Shown piece by piece: positions 20,725-29,716 of a stretch of DNA of 64,000 nucleotides; within the stretch, counting starts at the first letter, position 1; each line of letters begins with the position of its first letter. This DNA is from an uncultured Acidobacteriota bacterium (GTDB lineage: Bacteria; Acidobacteriota; Thermoanaerobaculia; UBA5066; Gp7-AA6): contig CAVXTP010000021.1 in the NCBI GenBank assembly GCA_963764715.1, positions 256,001 through 320,000 on the forward strand, read 5' to 3'. Under the pieces are notes generated by a model, which was not told the origin of the DNA, searched no databases, and saw nothing but the letters and a program-made list of their open reading frames with translations. A program made the translations under genes and the position numbers.

Positions 20725-23033
20725 ACGAGCCTCCGTCGCGCGAGGCGCAGGCTGTTGCCGACGACCGAGACGGAGGAGGCGGCCATCGCCGCCGAGGCGA
20801 TCATCGGCGAGAGCATCCAGCCGAGCACCGGGTAGAGGACCCCCGCGGCGATCGGGATGCCGAGGACGTTGTAGAGGAAAGCGAACAGGAGGTTCTGGCG
20901 GATCGTCGCCAGCGTCGCCCGCGACAGGCCGATCGCCGTCGCCACGAGCTCGAGGCTGCCGCCGACGAGCGTCACGTCGGAGGCCTCGATCGCGACGTCC
21001 GCGCCGGCCCCGATGGCGATGCCGACGTCGGCCTGGGCGAGCGCGGGGGCGTCGTTGACGCCGTCGCCGACCATGGCCACGACCTCGCCCCGCTCCTGGA
21101 GCTCGCGGACCTTCGCGGCCTTGTCGCCCGGGAGGACCTGCGAAAAGACCTCGGGAATGCCGACGCGCCGGGCGACGGCGCGGGCGGTTTCCTCGCGATC
21201 CCCCGTCAGCATCGCGACCTTGAGGCCGCGGCCGCGAAGGCTCGCGATCGCGGCGGCGGCGCCGGGCTTCTCGCGGTCCGCCACGGCGAGAAGCCCCAGG
21301 AGCGTTCCGTCGGCCGCGACGAGCAGGGGGGTCTTGCCCTCCTCCGAGAACCGCGCGATCTCCTCGGCGACCGGGGCGAGGTCGACGCCTTCGCCCTCGA
21401 GGAACCGGGCGTTGCCCACGAGGACCCGGCGCCCCCCGACGCGGCCGGCGACGCCGAGACCCGTGCGGGACTCGAACGCGTCGGCCCGGGGCAGCGCGAT
21501 GCCCTTTTCGCCCGCCGCGGCGACGAGGGCTTCCGCGAGCGGGTGGGCCGAGCCCTTCTCGAGCGCCGCGGCGAGGCCGAGGAGCTCTTCGTCGCCGACT
21601 CCCGCGACGTGGACGCGCTCGGTCAGGCGGGGCCGACCCTCGGTCACCGTGCCGGTCTTGTCGAGGAGGACGAGGGTGATGCGCCGGGCCTTCTCGAGCG
21701 CGGCGGCGTTTCGGAAGAGAATGCCGGAGCGCGCGCCGCGCCCGGTCCCGACGAGGATCGCCGTGGGAGTCGCGAGGCCGAGCGCGCAGGGACAGGCGAT
21801 GATCAGGACCGAGGCGAGGGCGATCGTCGCGAAGAGCGCGCGGGGCTCGGGCCCCAGGACGTACCAGGCGACCCAGGTCACGACCCCGATCCCGAGGACG
21901 ACCGGGACGAAGACGCCCGAGATGCGGTCCGCGAGCTTCTGGATCGGCGGCTTCGAGGCCTGCGCCTGCTCGACGAGCCGCACGATCTGCGCGAGCGCGG
22001 TCGCGGCGCCGACCGCCGTGGCCTCCATGTCGAAGACGCCCTCGCCGTTCAACGTCCCGCCGATGACGCGGTCGCCCTCGGCCTTGGCGACCGGGATCGA
22101 CTCGCCCGTCACCATGGACTCGTCGACCGACGAGGCGCCCGAGCGCACGACCCCGTCCACGGGCACCGCGTCGCCCGGCTTGACGCGCAGCCGGTCGCCC
22201 GCGCGGACCTCGGCGAGCGGGACCTCCGTCTCGGCGTCGCCGTCGATCCGCCGCGCCGTCTTGGGCGCGAGGTCGAGGAGCTTTCGGATCGCGGCCGACG
22301 TCCGGCCCCGGGCGCGCGTTTCGAGATACCGGCCGAGAAGGACGAGCGTCAGGATGACCCCGACGGCCTCGTAGTACACGTGCCCCATGCCCGCGTTCGC
22401 CGAGGCCGGCGCGAGGGCGTCGGGAAAGAGGGTCGACGCGACCGACAGCGCGAGGGCCGCCGTCGTTCCGATCGCGATGAGGGTGTCCATGTTCGCCGTC
22501 CGGTGCGCCAGGGTGCGCACGGCGCCCGAGAGAAACGGCGAGCCCGCCCAGAAGTAGACGGGCAGCGTCAGGGCGAGGAGGGCCCAGTTGCGGCCGGGGA
22601 AGTGGAGGTCGGCCATCGACACGACGACGACGGGCAAGGTCAGGGCCGCCGCCGCGAGCGTGCGCCGGAGGACCTTGCGCGTCTCGCGCGCGGCCGCGGC
22701 GTCCAGATCGGACGGGGCGGTTTCGTCCGCGGGCTTCGCGTCGTAGCCGCTGCCGCGGACGGCCTCGATCAGCCTCGGCCGGTCGAGGTTGCGGCCCCGG
22801 ACCTCGGCCCGCGCGGTGGCGAGGTTGACCGACGCCTCCTCGACGCCGGGCACGGCGGAGAGCGCCTTCTCGATCGTGTTGACGCAGGAGGCGCAGTGCA
22901 TGCCCTGGATCGCGAGGGTCAGGCCGGGCGCGTCGGAGGCCGGCCGCTTCGGCGCCGGCGTGCCCCCCCCGTGGACGGGCAGGGCCGTCGCGGGCTTCGG
23001 GGGCGCGTCGGGGGCCGGGGAGCGGCGGGACAT
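20721..23033 (-). CDS. copA: Cu(I)-translocating P1B-type ATPase
   Basis: GMHCASC metal-binding domain, [28 protein letters not shown]...MAASS. Confidence 0.95.
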   Translation of the reverse strand: MSRRSPAPDAPPKPATALPVHGGGTPAPKRPASDAPGLTLAIQGMHCASCVNTIEKALSAVPGVEEASVNLATARAEVRGRNLDRPRLIEAVRGSGYDAKPADETAPSDLDAAAARETRKVLRRTLAAAALTLPVVVVSMADLHFPGRNWALLALTLPVYFWAGSPFLSGAVRTLAHRTANMDTLIAIGTTAALALSVASTLFPDALAPASANAGMGHVYYEAVGVILTLVLLGRYLETRARGRTSAAIRKLLDLAPKTARRIDGDAETEVPLAEVRAGDRLRVKPGDAVPVDGVVRSGASSVDESMVTGESIPVAKAEGDRVIGGTLNGEGVFDMEATAVGAATALAQIVRLVEQAQASKPPIQKLADRISGVFVPVVLGIGVVTWVAWYVLGPEPRALFATIALASVLIIACPCALGLATPTAILVGTGRGARSGILFRNAAALEKARRITLVLLDKTGTVTEGRPRLTERVHVAGVGDEELLGLAAALEKGSAHPLAEALVAAAGEKGIALPRADAFESRTGLGVAGRVGGRRVLVGNARFLEGEGVDLAPVAEEIARFSEEGKTPLLVAADGTLLGLLAVADREKPGAAAAIASLRGRGLKVAMLTGDREETARAVARRVGIPEVFSQVLPGDKAAKVRELQERGEVVAMVGDGVNDAPALAQADVGIAIGAGADVAIEASDVTLVGGSLELVATAIGLSRATLATIRQNLLFAFLYNVLGIPIAAGVLYPVLGWMLSPMIASAAMAASSVSVVGNSLRLARRRLV

Positions 23034-23084
23034 GCCAAAAGCCTATCGCGTCGCCGCGCGCCGCGCGGCGTAGACTGCGGCCAC

Positions 23085-23837
23085 TTGAGAGAGAGCCAGC
23101 GCTATCGCGCCACGGTCGCGTACATCGGCACGCGGTATCACGGCTGGCAGGTCCAGAAGAACGCGGCGCGGACCGTCCAGGGAGTGCTGCAGCATGCGGT
23201 GACGCGCCTGGCGGGCGCGCCGGTCCGCGTCGAGGGCGCGGGGCGGACGGACGCCGGCGTCCACGCCGACGGGCAGGTCGTGCACTTCGACCTGCCGCGG
23301 CCGCGCGATCCGGCGATCGTGCGCGACGCCGTCAACGGCGCGCTGCCCGAGGACGTGCGCGTGCTCGCGGTCGAGCTCGCCGCGCCCGACTTTCACTGCC
23401 GCTACGACGCGCGCCGGAAGGAATATGTCTACCGCTGGAGCCGGGCCGAGGTCATTCCGCCGCGCGACGCCCCGTTCGTCTCGCCCCTCTCGCGGCGCGC
23501 GGACGCCGGGCGGATGCGCGCGGCCGCCGAATGCCTCCCGGGCCGGCGCGACTTCTCCGTCTTCGCCGTTCGACTGGCGCGGAGCGAGTCCGGCGTCCGG
23601 GACCTCGAGCGCGTCGAGGTCGAGGAGGCCGGAGACGAGCTGCGGGCGCTCTTCCGTGGCGACGGTTTTCTCCGCGGGATGGTCCGCTCCATCGCCGGTG
23701 TGCTCGCCGACGAGGCCCGGGGACGCGTTCCGCCCGGCCGGACCGCGGAGCTCCTGCGGACCGGGGACCGCGGAAAGCTCTCGGCGAAGGCGGCGGCGCG
23801 GGGCCTGACGCTGGTGAGAGTCGAGTACGGGGGGTAA
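23085..23837 (+). CDS. truA: tRNA pseudouridine(38-40) synthase
   Basis: YIGTRYHGWQ, GAGRTDAGVHA, GFLRGMVR, GLTLVRVEY. TTG start inferred. Confidence 0.93.
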   Translation: MRESQRYRATVAYIGTRYHGWQVQKNAARTVQGVLQHAVTRLAGAPVRVEGAGRTDAGVHADGQVVHFDLPRPRDPAIVRDAVNGALPEDVRVLAVELAAPDFHCRYDARRKEYVYRWSRAEVIPPRDAPFVSPLSRRADAGRMRAAAECLPGRRDFSVFAVRLARSESGVRDLERVEVEEAGDELRALFRGDGFLRGMVRSIAGVLADEARGRVPPGRTAELLRTGDRGKLSAKAAARGLTLVRVEYGG

Positions 23838-23847
23838 AATCGCCCGA

Positions 23848-24660
23848 GTGATCGACACCGAGACCCTGGCGGCGAAAGGCTCGTTCGAGCGGCAGCTCCT
23901 CGACGAGATCGACCTCGCGAAGCTGCCGCGCCACATCGCCATCATCATGGACGGCAACGGGCGCTGGGCGAAGCTGCGGGGGTCGCCGCGGGTCGAGGGG
24001 CACCGGGCGGGGATCGCGTCGGTCCGCGAGGCCGTCGAGACCTGCGCCCGCCTCGAGCTCGACGCGCTCACGCTCTACGCGTTCTCGGTCGAGAACTGGA
24101 AGCGGCCCCGCTTCGAGATCGTCACGCTGATGGCGCTGCTCAAGGAGTACCTCGCCAAGGAGCTCGGAAACCTCCTGAAGAACGACATCCGCTTCCGCGT
24201 GGTCGGGCGGATGAACGAGCTCGACCCGTCGGTCCAGAAGGCCCTGGCCCACGGGCTGGCGGCGACCTCCTCCTGCCGCGGCATGACGTTCAACATCGCG
24301 CTCAATTACGGCGGCCGCACCGAGATCGTCGACGCCTGCCGCTCGCTCGCCAACGACGTCGCCTCCGGCCGCCTGACGCCCGAGCAGATCGACGAGGAGA
24401 CGCTGGGCTCGCGCCTCTCGACGGCGGGGTTGCCGGACCCGGACCTGCTGATCCGCACGAGCGGGGAGATGCGGGTCTCGAATTTTCTTCTCTGGCAGAT
24501 CGCGTACAGCGAGATCTGGGTCACGCCGACGCTCTGGCCGGACTTCCGCAAGCGGCACCTCTTCGAAGCGATCCTCGACTTTCAGAAGCGCGAGCGCCGC
24601 TACGGCGGCGTCATCGAGGGCCGCGCTCCGGAATCCGAGGCCGAAGGCCGGAGGGCGTGA
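23848..24660 (+). CDS. uppS: Undecaprenyl diphosphate synthase (cis-prenyltransferase)
   Basis: PRHIAIIMDGNGRWA, YAFSVENWKR, LIRTSGEMRVSNFLLWQ. Confidence 0.96.
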   Translation: MIDTETLAAKGSFERQLLDEIDLAKLPRHIAIIMDGNGRWAKLRGSPRVEGHRAGIASVREAVETCARLELDALTLYAFSVENWKRPRFEIVTLMALLKEYLAKELGNLLKNDIRFRVVGRMNELDPSVQKALAHGLAATSSCRGMTFNIALNYGGRTEIVDACRSLANDVASGRLTPEQIDEETLGSRLSTAGLPDPDLLIRTSGEMRVSNFLLWQIAYSEIWVTPTLWPDFRKRHLFEAILDFQKRERRYGGVIEGRAPESEAEGRRA

Positions 24661-25505
24661 AGCGCGAGCTCGCCGCGGCGGTCGCGATTCCGATCGTCCT
24701 GGCGGTCCTCTTCCTCGGGCCGCCGCTCCTCTTCAACGGCCTCGTCGCCGCGATCGCGCTCGGCGCCGTGTGGGAGTTCTACCGGATCGCCGAGAAGACC
24801 GGGCACCCCGTCGCGAAGACCGTGGGCCTGGCGGCCTCGGCCCTCCTCCTCGGGGGAGCGGCCCTCCTCTGGGGGCCGCTGCGCTTCGAGACGCCGTCCG
24901 GCGACCTCGTGGAGATCGTCGTGAAGTCGCGGCCGGGCTTCTGGTACGCCGCGGGGCTCGTCACGGTGTTCCTGGCGGCGGTGGCCCCGATGGCGTCGCA
25001 CGTCCCGCCGGCGAGCGCGCTCGCCGGCGCCGGCGCGACGATCTTCGGCGTCGTCTCGATCGCGCTGCCGGCGGCCGCCATGTGCCTCCTGCGGGCCCGC
25101 TCGCCCCGGGTGGTTCTCATGCTGCTGCTCCTCGTCTGGGCGTGCGACTCGTTCGCCTACTACTTCGGGCGGCGCTTCGGCCGTCACGCGCTCGCGCCGG
25201 TCGTTTCGCCCAAGAAGACCTGGGAGGGCTCGATCGCGGGGCTCGCCGGCGCGACGATCTTCGGCGCCGTGGCGGGCACCTGGTGGTTTCTGCCGGAGCT
25301 GGGGCCCGCCGCGGGGGCGGCCGCCGGGGCCCTCGCTTCGACCGCCGGGCAGATCGGGGACCTCGTGGAGTCGCTCTGGAAGCGGGGCGCGGGAGTGAAG
25401 GACTCCGGGACATTCTTGCCCGGTCACGGGGGCTTCTACGACCGGATCGACTCGCTTCTTTTCGCCGCCCCGGTCCTGGCCGCGTTCGTCGCCCGCGGCC
25501 TGTAG
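24657..25505 (+). CDS. cdsA: Phosphatidate cytidylyltransferase
   Basis: DSFAYYFG, SPKKTWEG, GDLVES...KR.AGVKDSG..LPGHGG..DRIDS. Confidence 0.93.
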   Translation: MKRELAAAVAIPIVLAVLFLGPPLLFNGLVAAIALGAVWEFYRIAEKTGHPVAKTVGLAASALLLGGAALLWGPLRFETPSGDLVEIVVKSRPGFWYAAGLVTVFLAAVAPMASHVPPASALAGAGATIFGVVSIALPAAAMCLLRARSPRVVLMLLLLVWACDSFAYYFGRRFGRHALAPVVSPKKTWEGSIAGLAGATIFGAVAGTWWFLPELGPAAGAAAGALASTAGQIGDLVESLWKRGAGVKDSGTFLPGHGGFYDRIDSLLFAAPVLAAFVARGL

Positions 25506-25518
25506 ATAGAATGCGGGG

Positions 25519-26703
25519 TTGTCCATGAAAACCCTGTCCATCCTGGGCTCGACAGGCTCGATCGGCCGTTCCGCGCTCGACGTGGTCGCCGCCTCTCCGG
25601 ACCGCTTCCGGGTCGCGGCGCTCGCGGCCGGGCGTTCGATCGAGAAGCTCGCCGAGCAGATCGCGGCCCACCGGCCCGACCTCGTCGCCATCGACCGGGC
25701 CGAGGACGTCTCGCGCCTCGAGCGGCTTCTGCCGGCGGGAGTGAACTGCCGGATCGTGGCGGGCATCGACGGCCTGAACGAGGCCGCGTGTCACCCGAAG
25801 GCCGACACCGTCGTCGGCGGTCTCGTCGGCGCGCTGGGGCTGCGCTCGGCGCATGCCGCGGTCCGGTCCGGCAAGCGCCTCGCGCTCGCCAACAAGGAGC
25901 CGCTCGTCGTCGCGGGCGAGCTCATCCTCGAGGAGGCCCGGAAGAGCGGAGCGGAGCTCGTGCCGGTCGACTCCGAGCACAGCGCCATCCACCAGGCGAT
26001 GCGCAGCGGCCGGCCCGAGGAGGCGCGGCGGCTCGTGCTGACGGCCTCGGGCGGACCGTTCCGCGAGCGCCGGCTCGACACTTTCGATTCGATCACGGTC
26101 GAGGACGCGCTGGCGCACCCGACCTGGAAGATGGGCCCGAAGATCACGATCGACTCCGCGACGATGATGAACAAGGGCCTGGAGGTCATCGAGGCGCACT
26201 TCCTCTTCGGGCTTCCGGGCGAGCGCATCGACGTGGTGATCCACCCCCAGTCGGTCGTCCACTCGTTCGTGGAGTTCGTCGACGGCTCGCTCGTGGCGCA
26301 GCTCGCCAGGAACGACATGAAGTTCCCGATCGTCTACGCCCTCGACTACCCGGGGCGCTACCCCAACGACTTCGGTCGCCTCGACCTCGCGGCGCTCGCG
26401 CGGCTCGATTTCTTCGAGCTCGATCCCCGCCGGTACCCGGCCCTCGGGCTCGCCCGCCAGGCCCTCGCCGGCGGGGGAGGCCTGCCCGCGGTCCTGAACG
26501 CGGCCAACGAAATCGCCGTCGCGGCCTTTCTCGAGGGGAAGATTTCCTTCCCCGACATCGTTCACGTGGTCTCGGGAACCATGGAAAGAGTCGGCCGGCC
26601 CGCCGCCCCGCGCAGCCTGGACGAGGCGGAGTCGGTCGACCGGTCGGCCCGGGAAGCCGCCTCCGGGATCGTCCGGCGCCGCGCCCCGGCCATCGCGCGA
26701 TAA
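25519..26703 (+). CDS. dxr: 1-deoxy-D-xylulose-5-phosphate reductoisomerase
   Basis: ILGSTGSIG, LANKE, PVDSEH, LTASGGPF, MGPKITIDSATMMNKGLE. Confidence 0.97.
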   Translation: MSMKTLSILGSTGSIGRSALDVVAASPDRFRVAALAAGRSIEKLAEQIAAHRPDLVAIDRAEDVSRLERLLPAGVNCRIVAGIDGLNEAACHPKADTVVGGLVGALGLRSAHAAVRSGKRLALANKEPLVVAGELILEEARKSGAELVPVDSEHSAIHQAMRSGRPEEARRLVLTASGGPFRERRLDTFDSITVEDALAHPTWKMGPKITIDSATMMNKGLEVIEAHFLFGLPGERIDVVIHPQSVVHSFVEFVDGSLVAQLARNDMKFPIVYALDYPGRYPNDFGRLDLAALARLDFFELDPRRYPALGLARQALAGGGGLPAVLNAANEIAVAAFLEGKISFPDIVHVVSGTMERVGRPAAPRSLDEAESVDRSAREAASGIVRRRAPAIAR

Positions 26704-26721
26704 ACCGATCAAGGAGCCCTC

Positions 26722-28086
26722 TTGCAGATCCTGAGCAACGTCCTCGCCCTCGTCGTCGTGCTTTCCGTCCTCGTCGTCGTGCACGAGTTCGGGCACTTCG
26801 CCGTCGCCAAGTTCTTCGGCTTTCCCGTCGAGGTCTTCTCCGTGGGCTTCGGCAAGCGGCTCTTCGGGAAGAAGTGGCGGGGCACGGACTACCGGGTCTC
26901 CGCGATCCCGCTCGGCGGCTACGTGCGCGTGATCGGCCTCGGGCCCGACGAGTCGACGGTCACCGAGGGGACGTCGCAGGAGGCGCCGCCGGTCGGGAAG
27001 CGCTGGCAGCGCGCGCTGGTCCTCGTCGCCGGCCCCGCGATGAACCTGGTCCTCGCGGTCGTGCTGCACACGACCGTCTTCGCGGTCGGCACCAGGGTCG
27101 CGGCCTACGAGCTCGACAAGCCGGTCGTCCGCGTCGTCGAGGCCGGGTCCCCGGGCGCGGCGGCCGGGTTTCAGCCGGGCGACCGGATCGTGTCGATCAA
27201 CGGCCAGGCGACGCCGCGCTGGCGCGACGCGCTCTTCATCTTCGCCATGAACGCCCGCGAGCCGCTCGAGGTCGAGGTCGACCGTGGCGGCAGCGGGGTC
27301 TTCCTCACGGTCACGCCGAAGGCCGAGTCCAAGTACGACATGGGACAGGTCGGCCTGCTGCCCGACTTCGGGACCTCGGTGCGCGCACGGCTCGACGGCG
27401 TCGTCGGCGGGTCGCCCGCGGCGCAGGCGGGGCTCAAGCCCGGCGACATCATCCTGTCGGTCGCGGGCCGGCCGATCCAGGGCTCGCCGGACCAGGTGTT
27501 CGCGAAGTTCGTCGAGGCCGTCAAGGCCGCGGCGCCGGGACCCTTCCCGATCGTCTACGAGCGGGGCGGCAAGGCCGGGACGGTCACCGTCGCGCCCCGG
27601 CAGGAATCCGACGGCGTCTGGAAGGTCGGCGTGCAGGTCGGCGGCGATCTGCCGGAGGTCATCGAGCGGTTCCCGGTGAAGCAGGCCTTCGTGGAGGGCT
27701 TCCGCCGCGTCGAGACCGACTTCCGGATGACGCTCTCCGTTCTCGGGCGGCTCTTCCGCGGCAAGGCCAGCATGAAGACCATGTCAGGCCCGCTCGACAT
27801 CGCCAAGTTCTCCGGCCAGGAGGCCCGCAAGGGCGCGGTCCCGCTGCTCGCGTTCATGGCCGCGATCTCGCTGCAGCTCGGGATCTTCAACCTGCTTCCG
27901 ATCCCGGTCCTCGACGGAGGCCATCTCTTCCTCCTCGGCGTCGAGGGGATCGCGCGGCGGGACTTCTCGCTCCGCGTCAAGGAGCGGATCCTGCAGGTCG
28001 GCTTCGTGATGATCCTGGCGCTCCTGGCGGTCGTGCTCTACAACGACCTGGCGAAGAACCTGCCGACGGGGTGGTGGCCGTTTTAG
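26722..28086 (+). CDS. rseP: RIP metalloprotease RseP
   Basis: HEFGH, IPLGGYV, AGPAMN, two PDZ domains, NLLPIPVLDGGH. Confidence 0.95.
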   Translation: MQILSNVLALVVVLSVLVVVHEFGHFAVAKFFGFPVEVFSVGFGKRLFGKKWRGTDYRVSAIPLGGYVRVIGLGPDESTVTEGTSQEAPPVGKRWQRALVLVAGPAMNLVLAVVLHTTVFAVGTRVAAYELDKPVVRVVEAGSPGAAAGFQPGDRIVSINGQATPRWRDALFIFAMNAREPLEVEVDRGGSGVFLTVTPKAESKYDMGQVGLLPDFGTSVRARLDGVVGGSPAAQAGLKPGDIILSVAGRPIQGSPDQVFAKFVEAVKAAAPGPFPIVYERGGKAGTVTVAPRQESDGVWKVGVQVGGDLPEVIERFPVKQAFVEGFRRVETDFRMTLSVLGRLFRGKASMKTMSGPLDIAKFSGQEARKGAVPLLAFMAAISLQLGIFNLLPIPVLDGGHLFLLGVEGIARRDFSLRVKERILQVGFVMILALLAVVLYNDLAKNLPTGWWPF

Positions 28087-28089
28087 CCG

Positions 28090-28312
28090 TCGCGAGCGCG
28101 CCGCCGGGAACCTGCGCCCTTCGGGCGCACCGGCGAGCGGCTCGCCCACGTCGCGAGCGCTGCGCTTCGGGTCTGCGCCTGACGGCGCACCGGCTCGCGG
28201 CTCGCCTGTGGGCTCGACCGCGAGCCTGACCCTTCGCTCCGCGCTCGCTCCCGCGGCGCGAGGCGTCCTCCGCTGCGCTCGCGGAGATTCCTCGCGCCGC
28301 GAGCGGATCTTT
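28090..28312. repeat. Intergenic cluster of nested GC-rich hairpins (REP/MITE-like)
   Basis: Repeated CTGCGCC-N-GGCGCACCGGC units; GGCTCGCGG...CCGCGAGCC and CGCGGCGCGAG...CTCGCGCCGCG stems. Confidence 0.55.
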
Positions 28313-28341
28313 CGGCACGGCAGGTGAGGGGGGGCCCGGTC

Positions 28342-28366
28342 GTAGGGGCGGGGCTTGTCCCCGCCC
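28342..28366 (+). repeat. GTAG-family REP element
   Basis: GTAG foot followed by the perfect hairpin GGGCGGGG-CTTGT-CCCCGCCC. Confidence 0.7.
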
Positions 28367-28376
28367 TCCCTCGGCG

Positions 28377-29687
28377 CTACTTGTAGACGCCGGTGTGGAC
28401 GGGGAGGCGCGCGGTCGGAGTGCCCGGGGCGAGCTTCGCGAAAGGCGGGCCCGAGGGGCGGGGCATCGCTTCGACGATCTCGTGGAACTTCCGGCGGAAA
28501 TCAGCGTCGTCGGACCAGTAGTAGGAGCGGGTGGGGCAGGCGCCTTTTTCGGCGCAGACCCCCTGGACGGCGCAGCCGTGCGGGAACGACGCGACCTCGC
28601 CGCGGCGCGCCATGATCTCGGAGAGCTCCGCGCGGAAGCGCGCGTAGGGCTCGCCGAACCAGATGTCGGCGAGGCTCGACTTGTGGATGCTGCCGAGGAC
28701 CGCCGTCGGGTGGTCCTGCAGGATGCAGCAGGTGACGGCGTCGCCGTTGGCGTTGAGCGTCATGGAGTACCAGCCCACCAGGCAGAACTCGTGAAGTCCG
28801 GCGACCGCCCGCGCCTGGCGCCCGCCGGCGTCGGCGAGCTGCCGGAGCTTGACGCGGGCCCGTCGCGCGAAGGGGGCCCGCTCGAACACCTTCCGGGTCG
28901 AGGCCTCGATGCGCTCGGCGATCGACTTCTCCCAGAACGAGAAGCGCTCGAGGCGGTCGAAGTAGTCCTGCGCCAGGACCTCCTCGTACGCGAGCAGCAT
29001 TTCGGAGACGTCCTCCTCGGTCATCGTCGGCATCGGGCGCACGGGATAGAGGCCGTTCAGCCAGAAGCGGTCGGCGCCGGTCTCCCGAAAGAGCCGGTAC
29101 ATCTCGGGTAGCTGCCGGAAGTTCTCCTTGTAGACGAGGAACTGGACCCGGAGCGTCGTCTCGCTTCCGGTCTCCCGCTTGATCCGCGCGGCGGCGCGGA
29201 TGTTCTCGACGACGCGGTCGAAGTTCTTCCCGGTCGTCTGCATCATCGCGGCGTAGGACCGCGCGTCGCCCGCGTTGAGCGACACGCAGATCTCGTCGCA
29301 TCCGGCGGCATAGAGCGCGCGCACGACGGGCTCGGTCAGGAGGACGCCGTTGGTGGTGACGTCGGTGATCCGGAGTCCCCGCGCCCCGATCGCGGCGATG
29401 AGCGCGGCCGCGTCCTTGCGGAAGAGCGGCTCGCCGCCGCCCATCAGACGCACGCCCCGGACGCCGAGGTCCCGCATCTCGTCGAAGAGCTTCTCGAGAC
29501 GCTCCGCCGACAGCTCGAAGTTGCCCGCCCGGATCTCCGAGGTCGAGCAGAAGAAGCAGTCGATGTTGCAGCGGTCCTGCCAGGAGATCTCGACGACCTT
29601 GGGGGGCTGGCGCGCCGGCGCCCCGGCGATGGAGTCGAGGATCGCGCCCTTCTCCGCCGCCGTCATGCGCTCCCAGGAGTACGCCAC
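28377..29687 (-). CDS. Radical SAM protein with SPASM/twitch-like C-terminal domain
   Basis: CNIDCFFC, GGGEP and TTNG motifs; C-terminal CLVGW...NGDAVTCC...LGSI...C...C...C. Confidence 0.88.
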   Translation of the reverse strand: MAYSWERMTAAEKGAILDSIAGAPARQPPKVVEISWQDRCNIDCFFCSTSEIRAGNFELSAERLEKLFDEMRDLGVRGVRLMGGGEPLFRKDAAALIAAIGARGLRITDVTTNGVLLTEPVVRALYAAGCDEICVSLNAGDARSYAAMMQTTGKNFDRVVENIRAAARIKRETGSETTLRVQFLVYKENFRQLPEMYRLFRETGADRFWLNGLYPVRPMPTMTEEDVSEMLLAYEEVLAQDYFDRLERFSFWEKSIAERIEASTRKVFERAPFARRARVKLRQLADAGGRQARAVAGLHEFCLVGWYSMTLNANGDAVTCCILQDHPTAVLGSIHKSSLADIWFGEPYARFRAELSEIMARRGEVASFPHGCAVQGVCAEKGACPTRSYYWSDDADFRRKFHEIVEAMPRPSGPPFAKLAPGTPTARLPVHTGVYK

Positions 29688-29716
29688 GACCCCATCCTAG
29701 CGTCTAGAATCCGGGG

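Noticed and set aside
28377-29687. Radical SAM/SPASM as a RiPP maturase
   Set aside because: No credible precursor peptide, RRE/PqqD domain, peptidase or exporter nearby. The 28087-28376 gap is palindromic repeat sequence.
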